Source: Saprolegnia diclina VS20
Taxonomy: Eukaryota
Length of the DNA stretch: 64,000 bases
Direction: 5' to 3'
NCBI RefSeq assembly: GCF_000281045.1
Contig: NW_008246084.1
Coordinates: forward strand, 687,824 to 751,823
Shown here piece after piece: positions 23,729 through 34,139 of this stretch; within the stretch, counting starts at the first letter, position 1; each line of letters starts with the position of its first letter. Position numbers and translations under genes: made by a program. Below the pieces are notes generated by a model. That model did no database searches. It was not told where the DNA came from and saw only the letters and a list, made by a program, of their open reading frames with translations.

Positions 23729-23897
23729 GGTGCAAGGCGCCGAGCAATTGACTAACTAACTGACTGCAGGAAATGAAATGGCCAATCACCAACATTCCGG
23801 CAAGAGTGGTGGTGACCCATGATATCCGGATCCGCATATCGTACAAGTCTCCGCAACCCGACACATCCATTTCTCAGTCAATCCAGCGACAGTGAGC

Positions 23898-24626
23898 ATG
23901 GCGGCAACGGACGCGCTGACGGCGATCGTAGCGCCGATGGCCGTCGACGGGTACCTCACGCCTTGCGAAGTGTTGCGCATGGGCCTCGTGTGCAAGGACA
24001 TGCGCGCGTCCTTGGCAGACGCAAGTGATGCGATCTGGCGGCGCTTCCTATCACGGTATGGTGGCCGCCTGGCCGACACGCGCCACGACGCGTTCGCTTC
24101 GCCGTACCGCGACATCGTAGCGCACCCGCTCGTTCTTTTGCTCCGCGCCGAGTACGACTTTGCGCTGGACCCGCGTGATGACGGCGTTCCGAGCGACGTG
24201 TTGGCAGCCTTTGCTGCCACGTATGTTGCCCGCTACGTGCACTATGGCGACCGCATCTGGAGCGTCTACAACGACAGCTACCAGTGCAACGTTCTTGGCC
24301 TCACGCTGCGCCACGACGCTGTCGAAGTACATTTTCACGTGACCGGCGATCAAACGGAAGGCGACCTGCAACACCCGCGCCACGCGACGCTGCACGTCGA
24401 TGGTCATGCGCTCAAGCCCGTGCGCATGTGGCTCATCGACGCAGATCCGTCATCGTCCTACGCAGGAATCCTGCGCTACGAGACGCAAGTGATGCGCGAC
24501 AGCGAGCTCCGATTCGAGTATGGCTGGAGTGGCTACTCGGACGCAACGCTCTGTGCATTGACCGACCACTTTTGCTACGCACATGCCCTTGACCACGTAG
24601 TCCGCGCGAGACGCCCTGTGGTATAA
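23898..24626 (+). CDS. Hypothetical protein with F-box-like N-terminus
   Basis: YLTPCEVLRMGLVCKDMRASLADASDAIWRRF resembles an F-box; gene-like codon usage. Confidence 0.6.
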   Translation: MAATDALTAIVAPMAVDGYLTPCEVLRMGLVCKDMRASLADASDAIWRRFLSRYGGRLADTRHDAFASPYRDIVAHPLVLLLRAEYDFALDPRDDGVPSDVLAAFAATYVARYVHYGDRIWSVYNDSYQCNVLGLTLRHDAVEVHFHVTGDQTEGDLQHPRHATLHVDGHALKPVRMWLIDADPSSSYAGILRYETQVMRDSELRFEYGWSGYSDATLCALTDHFCYAHALDHVVRARRPVV

Positions 24627-24670
24627 TGCAAAATGACAATCCTTCCACTGGATATATTTGTCCAATTTAG

Positions 24671-24823
24671 AAGCTTGTCGTCAGGGGTCTCCCTCGCAGC
24701 CGTTCCCGGGCGACGACAGAAGAGCAAGATGCGCCACCCCGCCGCCGCCTGCGCAGCGACGGCCCGGTGAGCGAATGAAGAAGAAGGAAATTCTTCGTCT
24801 CTACAACTATGCCAAGTATGTGT
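24671..24823 (+). repeat. Degenerate dispersed repeat, copy 2 (adjacent to the LTR insertion site)
   Basis: aagcttgtcgtcagggg..gaagagcaagat..cgccgccgcctgcgcagc..gcgaatgaagaagaagga is similar to 19337-19500. Confidence 0.7.
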
Positions 24824-24868
24824 TCAACAAAGGTGTAGTCGTAGTCGAGCGGGTGAGCCGCGGTGTGT

Positions 24869-25017
24869 TGTAGCGAGCCTCGAGGACGCAAGAGGCTCAG
24901 CGAACATTAGAAGGAAAAGCGCTAAGCACGAGATAAATACTCACTTCTGGTTCTGCCGAGAACTGCGTTCTCGCTCTTTAGCTCGGTCAAAGCAAGCGTG
25001 CGGCCACGCTTGTTACA
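24869..25017 (+). repeat. 5' LTR (149 bp)
   Basis: tgtagcgagcc...gcttgttaca, identical to 29519-29667. Confidence 0.97.
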
Positions 25018-25035
25018 TGGTGGTCATACTGGGGC
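25018..25035 (+). promoter_or_regulatory. Primer-binding site
   Basis: TGGTGGTCATACTGGGGC directly after the LTR. Its reverse complement GCCCCAGTATGACCA-CCA has the form of a tRNA 3' end. Confidence 0.8.
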
Positions 25036-25212
25036 CTCCCTACCCGACGGAGAACGAAAAACGGCGGCGGCGAGGCGAACGACAGGACACGGCGAGATCC
25101 AACGACCGGAGAAACAACAGCAAAGGACAGGAATCATGCGGACGGAGAATGGCGACGCTAACGGACGAATTGTAGAACCGCGAGGCGACGGGCGTAGCAG
25201 ACGGAACCACTC

Positions 25213-28200
25213 GTGGTCGATGGGTTGCCGGAAGACATGCTGCTGGGCAACCCCTTTTTCGCGGCCCATGGGTGCCAACTACGCTACGACACCCGGGAGC
25301 TGTACTTCCCGCTGTGGCAAACGGCGGCACGTTTTGAGACCAATGTGGCACCCTCGCGACGCGTCGATGTTCGACGCGTGACACTACGATCGAACTGCAA
25401 AGTCGCCGCTATGTGCGGTCAACACGTCGAACTCGCGGTCGAGGCTGCCGATGGTACGGAGGTTCAGTTCATCCCGAGCAAGACGAACCCTCGACAACAG
25501 TGCCTGCTGGCAGCTACGGTTGCAGTGGTCAACGACGGCAAAATCATCGTGCCAGCCCTGAACGCGTCCGGCTACCGACAACATTCCAAGGCCGGCGACG
25601 ACGTCGGTACATGGGTACCACTGGACGATGAGCTGGTGGCCCTAGCCGACGACGACCAGTCCCACGACGACCTGATAGAGTGGCTAGCCCAGACGGTGGA
25701 AACGAGCGGAGCCGTGCTGCCCTCGGAGGACGCAATTGCTTGCGGACATCTTGGCAGCGAGCAGAAGGACATGCTCATGGCCGTGTTACGGGCATTCCCA
25801 TCGGTGTGCGCGGCGACACCCGGGACGTTACCCAGTACCACACTCGGAGTCCAGCACCGGATCGATACGGGCGACGCCCGACCGATTCACGAGTCCCGGC
25901 ACCGCTGGTCGGCATCCCAGGAAGAGCTGGTCAAGAAAGAAATCAAAGATATGCTGCAGCTCGGGGTCATCGAGCCCGCGAACGGGCCTTGGGGTTTCCC
26001 GGTGGTCCTCGTGAAGAAGAAAGACGGCAAAGTGCGCTTCTGCGTTGATTTTCGGAAGCTCAACGCCGTGACCAAGAAGGACATCTACCCGATCCCGCGC
26101 ATTGACGAAACGCTTGATCAACTGGGTGGTGCCGTGTGGTTCACGACACTCGACTTGGCCAGCGGGTATTGGCAGATCCCGATGTGCCCGGACGACCGGG
26201 ACAAAGCGGCTTTCACGTCCAAGTACGGCTTGTACCGATTTGTACGTATGCCTTTCGGCTTGACCAACGCTCCGAGCACGTTCCAGCGCATGATGGACGG
26301 GGTGCTGCGTGGTCTCTCGTGGCAGGTGTGTCTCGTCTATTTGGACGACATCATTGTATACTCGCGCGGTACATTCGCCAACCACATGGTCCATCTGGCA
26401 TTGATCATGCGCCGACTGCAACGCGCTGGGCTGACGCTCAAGCTGTCCAAGTGCCAGTTCGCTACGACGCAGGTCGAGTACTTGGGGCACCAACTGACAC
26501 CGGACGGGGTGCGACCGGTCACGCGCTTGATAGAGGCGGTGACGCGCTACCCCACACCGACCAACGAGAAGGAGGTGAAGGGCTTTGTCCATCTGGCGGG
26601 GTTCTACCGCAAGTTCATCCCAAATTTTGCACGACGAGCGGCAGCGTTGACGATCTTGACCCGCAAGAACATTGCGTTCGAGTGGGGCGCCGATCAGCAA
26701 CGGGCTTTTGATGACATCCGCTCTGCGCTTACGTCATCGTCGGTTCTGCTCTACCCCGATTTCACAAAAGGCTTCGTGGTCGCCACCGACGCGTGCCTCC
26801 TTGGCCTGGGAGCGGCGCTGATGCAATGGACACCGGATGGACTCCGGCCTGTCGCTTTCGCAAGCCGATGCAACAACGAAGCCCAACGTAATTACACGAT
26901 CACGGAGCTAGAATGCTTGGCCGCGGTCTGGGCACTGAAGAGTTTTCGCCCTTTTGTGTATGGGCGTACGGTCGACCTCATCTCGGACCATGCGGCGCTT
27001 CGGTGGCTCATGACGACGCCAGAACCCGCGGGGCGCCTGCATCGGTGGGCCTTGACCCTGAGCGACTATGATCTACGGGTCATTTACCGACCAGGCCGGG
27101 AAAACGTGGTGGCCGACGCACTCTCTCGCGCGCCAGTCGGGGCGCCGGCTCCCCTGGAACGTCGCGAGCCCGAACGGGACTGGGTGCGGCGACTCCGCGA
27201 AGGGCAACTTGATCTGGCCGCGAACGCCCGCTACCAGGAGGTTCTGTCGCAGGCCGCCGCGATCGCTCAATGGCGCCCTGGGCCATCGGCCCCGCCGCAC
27301 TGGACCGATGAAGACCGGCGGGCACCGATTGCGCAGCCACATGGACACGGAGGGAGACACGTGGCAACCGCACCGTCGGACCAGCCTTGGGAGGCTGCGT
27401 CGGTCGCGGGACAGCAACAGCCGTCGGACCAGCCGTGGGTGGCTGCGTCGGCTGCCGGACAAGGACAACCGTCGGACCAGCCGTGGGTGGCTGCGTCGGT
27501 TGAAGGACAAGGACAACCGTCGGACCAGCCGTGGGTGGCTGCGTCGGTTGAAGGACAAGGACGGCCGTCGGACCAGCCGTGGGCGGCTGCGACGGCTGAG
27601 GTAGAACGAGCAACGTCGGATCAAACGGCACCGCCAGGCACAACGGCCAGCATCGACAACGGGACGACGACGACCGGCCCAGGAGGGCCGATAGAACGGG
27701 TCGAGGGGACGGAAGCACCGCTCGATACGACGGCACAAGGGTATCGGACCACGAACGAGGTGGCCGCACGGTCGGGCATGGACGAAGCATGGAGTGAGCA
27801 AGCGGCGGCAAGCACCGAAACGGAGAGCGCGGGGCTCGACAGCCGAGCACTCAGCGTCCGATTACCAACGGCCGAGCAACCGGGACAACTGACGCAACAT
27901 CAGCTCAAGGTGGCACAGGCCACGAGCAGACGGCTCGCTGAGTGGCGCGAAGATGCGCGTTTTCACCACTTACAATGGACCAAGCGGCAAGGTGTTTGGC
28001 AAGTCCAGGTGACCGAAGGATGGCGAATGGTCGCACCCCCGGAAGTCTGGTCTGTCATTCTCAACGAGGCGCATGGGTCAATATGGGGCGGGCACGCCGG
28101 GACGACCCACACGACCCACAAGGTGCGCAGAAAGTTCTGGTGGCCCGGCATCGGGCGTGTCGTGGAGCATTGGTGCCGCACATGTCGGGACTGCGGCTCT

Positions 28201-29478
28201 CGGAAGATGCGGGCACGCGAGATCTTGCCTCCGCTGCGACCTCTGGCGGTGGGGGACGTGTGCGACCGCTGGGCTATGGATCTGCAAGGCCCGTACCCAA
28301 CGTCGACACAAGGCAACGTGTACGTGGTCGCGATGACCGAATACGTGACACGTTACGCGATCACGGTGGCAGTACCGAACCGTACCGCTGAAACCATTGC
28401 GTAAGTCGTCTGGGACCGATTGGTGTGCATGTTCGGGCCGTGCCGCGAGCTTTTGTCCGACCGAGCTAGCGAGTTCATGAGCGCGGTGGTCAAGCAGATG
28501 GCCAAACTCTGTCAGATGAAACAAGTGCATCCAGTGGCGTACCGGCCGGCACTCGTGGGGCTTGTCGAGCGCTTCAACAAGACGGTCAAGAATATGATCA
28601 GCATGTACGTCGATGAGAGAACATCCGACTGGGACCAATGGCTTCCGGTGGTGACATACGCGTACAACACGGGCAAGCACGCCACGACAGGTTTCACCCC
28701 GTACGAGCTCATGATGGGAAGGAGCGGCAGCTTGCCGAGCGACCTGCAGTTCCCAACCAACGAACTGCCCAAGAATCTTACGCAGTGGGCTCGCGACAGC
28801 GTCAAGGCGGCTCAACAGGTGCGGGACATCGCAAAGAAGGCCATTCAAGAAGCACAAGAGCGCATGGCAAGGGCGTACGATCGGGCGACCCGACACGGGT
28901 TTAGCTTCCGCAAGGGCCTGTACGTATGGCTGTGGTCACCGGCGAAAGGCACGGGCCTGACGAAGCTCAAGCATCGCTGGCGGGGCCCGGCTCGTCTTCT
29001 AGCCGACGTCGGCTACGACAACTGGAAGGTGAAGTGCTCGTGGAACGGCCAGGATCGGATTGTGCACTCAAGTGAGTGCATTCCATATTTTGCGGACGAC
29101 GATATTAGAAACGCGGTGGCCGAAGACCTCGCGACCGAGCAAGATGACGTCGACGAACCAACAATGAGCCAAGCACTGTCGGAGCCCGAAGTGCTACTAT
29201 CGAGACCCACGACGGAAGGCCAAGAGCTGCGACGCAGTGCGCGGCGACGGGCAACAGTACAAGAACCACTCGAGCAACTGAGCAGCGATGAGAACCCGGC
29301 TCCAGACGAGTGCGGCATTCGGCGACGACGCCTGGTACGAGGACGGGACGGACGCATGCGGCCCGAAGTGGAAGTGCAAGGACCAAGAGGATGGGAGTTC
29401 ATTCCCTTACCACAATGGGAACACGAACAAGAGAAGGAAACACCCGCGTACGCCGTACCAACCAGGCGACGGGCGTGA
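25213..29478 (+). pseudogene. pol: pol (PR C-terminal remnant, RT, RNase H, integrase) with an in-frame TAA at 28402-28404
   Basis: DMLLGNPF (PR C-terminus); RFCVDFRKLN, LDLASGYWQ, MPFGLTNAP, YLDD; RNase H TDAC..ELECLA..SDH..NVVADALSR; IN H..H..C..C, AMDLQGP, SDRASEF, VERFNKT, RWRGPAR. ORFs 25213-28404 and 28420-29478 share one frame. Confidence 0.95.
27373..27624 (+). repeat. 48-bp coding tandem repeat (5 copies + partial) in the RH-IN linker
   Basis: Unit ccgtcggaccagccgtgggtggctgcgtcgg.. starts at 27373, 27421, 27469, 27517 and 27565; encodes PSDQPWVAASVEGQGQ. Confidence 0.95.
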
Positions 29479-29518
29479 AGTCAACGGCTGAGGACAGCCT
29501 CAAGGTGGACCGGGGAGA

Positions 29519-29667
29519 TGTAGCGAGCCTCGAGGACGCAAGAGGCTCAGCGAACATTAGAAGGAAAAGCGCTAAGCACGAGATAAATACTCACTTCTGG
29601 TTCTGCCGAGAACTGCGTTCTCGCTCTTTAGCTCGGTCAAAGCAAGCGTGCGGCCACGCTTGTTACA
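29519..29667 (+). repeat. 3' LTR (149 bp)
   Basis: Identical to the 5' LTR; preceded by purine-rich aaggtggaccggggaga (putative PPT). Confidence 0.97.
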
Positions 29668-30128
29668 GTGTCACGAAGCTTTCGCCCATACTATTTCGCG
29701 CCTAAACCGTTGGGATATTGCGATACGGCGCTCACAGGAAAGGACTGGCGCCGAGGGCCAACTTTGATCGACGAATGGCTTGCTCTTGGAAGGTCTTGTC
29801 TAGGCGAGAGCATCGCGAGGCGACTGTCGCCATCAAGATCTTGGTGGTCACTGCCACGCCTCGGTAAACACGTGTCATACATTTAGGATAACAAACATAT
29901 TTTATAGCCATGACGTATCACTCCGCCACCCCGACTGCAGCTACGTGACGAGTGCCTTCGCCGAGCAGTACGAGGTCATCTTAGTGAGACGCCTGTACTA
30001 TGCGTTGGCCACGACTCTACGATTGACCGTCGTGGGCTCCATCAGTGCTCGTTATATCGTAGGATATGCAGTCCCTTGGTGTATATACGTGTAGACATCT
30101 TCTGGATTACGTTGGATAGGACTAGACT

Positions 30129-31744
30129 TTACTTCTTGCCGAGCGTCGGCATGACGGTGCCGTACTGCGTCTTCTTGCCAAACTCCCACTGCGCCGTGAT
30201 CGTCTTGGTCTGCGTGTAAAACATGACGCCCTGCTTGCCATAAAAGTGCAAGTCGCCGCGGATCGACGAGCGCGAGCCCGTGAACGAGAAGAACGGCAGC
30301 GGCACAGGGATCGGCACGTTGATGCCGACCTGGCCGACGTCGATCTCGTGCTGGAACTTGCGCGCCGCGGGGCCCGACTGCGTGAAGATGGACGTGCCGT
30401 TGCCGTACGGGTTGGCGTTGATCAATTCAATGGCTTCGTCGAGCGTCTCGACCGAGTTGCACACAAGCACGGGGCCGAAAAGCTCTTCGACGTACGACGG
30501 GTTGGAGATGTCGACGTTGTTGAGCAGCGTCGGGCCGACAAAGTTGCCGTTCGGGTACTTGGGCACCTTGACGTTGCGGCCGTCCAGAAGGAGGTCCGCG
30601 CCCGCGTCGACGCCGGCCTGGATGAGATCCTCGACGCGCTTCTTCGACTCCTTGGTGATGAGCGGGCCGACGTCCGTGTTGGGCTCGAGGCCGCCGTTGA
30701 CCGTGAACGTCTTGGCCTTCTCGACAATGTCGTGGACCCACTCCTTGGTCTCACCCACAAAGATGACAACCGAGAGCGCCATGCAGCGCTGGCCGGCGGC
30801 GCCAAAGGCCGCGCCCGCGAGCGCGTTGATCGTCTGCTCCTTATCGGCGTCCGGGAGGATCACGGCGTGGTTCTTCGCACCGAGGTTGGCCTGGACGCGC
30901 TTGCCGTTGCCCGTACCACGGGCGTGAATGTACTCGCCGGCGTTGTTGCCGCCGACAAACGAAATCGCCTTGATCTCCGGCGCGTCGCAGATAAAGTTGA
31001 CCGCGTCTTTCGCACCGTGGATGACGTTGAGGACACCATCGGGGACACCGGCCTCCTGCGCGAGCTTGGCGAGGATCATGGCGGCGCCCGGGTCCTTCTC
31101 GGAGGGCTTGAGGATGTACGTGTTGCCCGTCGTGATGCCCACGGGGAACATCCAGAGAGGAATCATGGCCGGGAAGTTGAACGGGCAAATACCCGCGCAG
31201 ACGCCGAGCGGCTGCTTGTACGAGTACGTGTCGAGCGAGTTGGCGAGGTTGCCGAGCGTCTCGCCCATCATGTGGTTGCCAATGCCGCAGCTGGCCTCGA
31301 CGATCTCGAGGCCGCGGAAGACGTCGCCGCGCGCATCCGCGAGCGTCTTACCCTGCTCCTTCGTGATCGAGTGCGCGAGCTCCTCCGTGTGGTCGCGCAC
31401 GAGCTGCTGGAGCTTGAGCATGACGCGCTGGCGATGCTGCACCGGCACCTCCTTCCACGTCTTGAAGGCGACCTTGGCCGCTTCCGCCGCCGCCTGGAGC
31501 TCTTCCGGCGTCGTCTCGGGCACTTGGCACACGACCTCGTTCGTCGCCGGGTTGCGCACGTCGATCCACTTGGTGGTCTTGGACTGGACAAACTGGCCGT
31601 TGATGAAGTTGGGCACGCGCTCCTAGCTCGCCATGAGCCTCAAGGTATGGAGACAGGAAGCATGCGTACCGGCGCCGCCGAGAAGGCGCGGGTCGACGCG
31701 CGACGAAGGACCGACGCCTGCGAGGAAGTCAAGGAGCGAAGCAT
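30129..31744 (-). CDS. ALDH6A1: Methylmalonate-semialdehyde dehydrogenase (ALDH6), mitochondrial, 2 exons
   Basis: [63 protein letters not shown]. Transit-peptide exon [25 protein letters not shown]; intron 31623-31669. Confidence 0.95.
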
Positions 31745-33022
31745 GGGGCTCGGGTCAAATTGCCAAATGACGCCAGATCCAGGATCCTCGACGTCGACTA
31801 AGTGCGACCTGCCTCGCACGTGCGGCCCATCCGGGGGAAATAGTGTGAATCAGGGAAGATTCGACGGCAGCTTCGCTCGGCGACACTGCTGGACGTGAAA
31901 GCGGTAGCACCGTTTTCACGGTGCTGGAAGGCACCAAGTGGACTGATGAGACATTGCTGATCAAGGGTACGTAGGTCTATCGTAGTAATAGCGTCGTCCC
32001 GTGGTCTGCATTCTTTGAGCTCGGTGCAAGTGTGTATCGTAGAATTCCGAGCCGAGATGGACGAGTGTCGTGGCCATGGCCAAAGGTCGTACATACACAT
32101 GAAGGAAGGAGTACGAGGTTAACTTTGATGGGCGTTTAGAGGCCACGCAATGAGCCTCCCAAGCCCATGAAAGCAGCCTTTTTTGGCTTGAGAGGCATCG
32201 TGCTACACTATTTAGAGCTACACAATATACACTATTTTAGAATATCCGTGGATCCGCGACGCGGCAGTTTTGTTAAGTGCGAACGTTGCTGCACAAGGGC
32301 AACCGAGGGGCGTGTGGCGCTCAGATTAAAATACAACTCTCACACTGTGTCTTTATATGTAATGATTTTCATCAATCCTTAATGCTCGATTAAGTGCGCA
32401 CGTGGAGATGCCTCACCAAGTGCACAGTCGCACTCCAAGTTGAAGTTGGAAACAGCTTGCAGCTCCAATTTAATTGCCTTTTGTCCCTCACAATACAAAC
32501 ACCAAGACAAATTCATTGGACAGTCATCATTTACCACCGTGCCATGCAGTGCATATGGCTATGATGAGCCACATCGGCGGCGCGAGGCGAGGAGCGGTGC
32601 GCGTGCCATAGCGGCGTGTAGAGCATGGTAAACCGACAGAACTCCAATCACGACGAGGACTTTGACTCGACGATTTATGCTACGCAAGGTTGGGCACCGC
32701 TACACTAGCTGACGCCGCTTCGCGCAACACGCGGGGCGATGTGGGTCACAGCGTACAATGTGGTATGCAACCGTATGGGTGGCGCAATCACACTTTCGCG
32801 TATAAGCTCTTATCCAGAGAGGAGAGGCTTGGCGATGAACAGTCGTGAGCAGTGCAGCAGCTCGGTTGGTCGATGGCAACATCGAAGAGCATTCAGAGAA
32901 TGTCTGGAATTGCGGTGAGCAAACAAGCGGACGTGGTGCGACGCGATGTAAGACACCTTGTGAAGAGGTGCACAAGCCTTTGCTGCATGGAGCAGACGCA
33001 CACAACGCATCTCGGGACGACG

Positions 33023-33862
33023 TTATTCATAGAAGATGGAGATCGACGCTGCGGCGAGGGGGTCCACGCGGCCGTCAGCGAGCAGCAGCGCCGTCATGGG
33101 CTCATTGTATCGCGCCAGCATCAGCGCAGCACTCGACTTGGCACTTGGATCGACTCGTGGGTGCTTTAGAAGCTCCTTCACCATCTCGAGGTCGCCAATA
33201 TGGCAGTACCAGCGAAAGAGGCGGCTGTCCCGATTGCCAATGTCGAAGGCCGGGTGCTTCCGCACGAGGTCGACGACCGCGAGCGTCGACTTGTGCGTCA
33301 TGTGATGCTGTGACTGCCACGACATCATAGTGAACCCGCAGTATGTGTCGATAAAGGCCATCGTCGCGATCGCATCGTGCATCGTTGCGGGCAAGAGCCG
33401 CGGGTCGTCGAGCATGTACTGGATTGCGTCGAGGTGTCCATAATGGCACGCATGCGTGAACGTGTCTTGGACGAGGTCGAAAACAGCCTCCGCCACGCTT
33501 GAGTACTGTGCGCAGAGAAGGTCGACGATATCGCGGTTGCGCTTGAGGGCCATGCGCACGCCAAAGAAATCTTGGACGGTCACGTCGACCCGATGGTCGC
33601 GCACGAGCTCCGCGACGGCCGCGTCATGCCCATGGAGGCACGCCCACCGAAAGATGCGCGAGTCCATGGCCTCGGGTGCAAAGGACGGTTGCTGTAAAAG
33701 CTGCGTCACGAGACTTATAGCGTCGGGCGCACCGAGCCGGTTGGCGTCAAACCACCCATGAAGGCTGGTTGGGACCGCGGTGGTCGGCGGATGCTGGAAC
33801 ATGGCCGCAAAGATGGGCAATTTCTCATGAAGCGCGAGGCCTCGGGTCGACGTCCACGCCAT
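33023..33862 (-). CDS. Divergent ankyrin-repeat protein
   Basis: FRWACLHGHDAAVAELV, FTHACHYGHLDAIQYML, GDLEMVKELLKHPRVDPS, LLLADGRVDP. Confidence 0.75.
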   Translation of the reverse strand: MAWTSTRGLALHEKLPIFAAMFQHPPTTAVPTSLHGWFDANRLGAPDAISLVTQLLQQPSFAPEAMDSRIFRWACLHGHDAAVAELVRDHRVDVTVQDFFGVRMALKRNRDIVDLLCAQYSSVAEAVFDLVQDTFTHACHYGHLDAIQYMLDDPRLLPATMHDAIATMAFIDTYCGFTMMSWQSQHHMTHKSTLAVVDLVRKHPAFDIGNRDSRLFRWYCHIGDLEMVKELLKHPRVDPSAKSSAALMLARYNEPMTALLLADGRVDPLAAASISIFYE

Positions 33863-34139
33863 CGCTGCCCAATGCACGACAACTGCTATACATGTGGGCT
33901 GCATCCCAGCAGCGAATATCTCCCAGTTTCGATTGACACCACCATACGGTCCGTTGATTGGCTGTGATTTTATTCGATCGACCAATCCAAAGCAAGACTA
34001 ATGTCGACATGGGATTGGCCAAAATGGTAGCTTATTATTCATTTCGGCACATGCCACATCAAATTGGTCAATGCCGAATACAGCTGGCAGCCGCCTCCTG
34101 TCAAACTCGATACAAAATCCAAAGTTTGGCCATCGAGCG

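Larger units (their letters stand above)
24869..29667 (+). mobile_element. Ty3/gypsy LTR retrotransposon, gag-deleted non-autonomous copy
   Basis: Identical 149-bp TG..CA LTRs, 4-bp TSD GTGT (24865-24868 and 29668-29671), PBS, purine-rich tract before the 3' LTR, pol domain order (PR remnant)-RT-RH-IN. Confidence 0.97.

Noticed and set aside
27373..27624. Regularly spaced repeats resembling a CRISPR array
   Set aside because: Head-to-tail 48-bp units with no unique spacers, in frame within pol, in a eukaryotic context with no cas genes.
29815..29870. VAIK-like kinase motif (ATVAIKILV) downstream of the 3' LTR
   Set aside because: No Gly-rich loop, HRD or DFG motif nearby, and a stop codon follows shortly.
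30246..31898. 550-aa + strand ORF (likewise 13886-15358, 9232-10860, 50406-51803 and many others)
   Set aside because: Antisense shadows of real genes, caused by high GC3 codon bias; no recognisable motifs.
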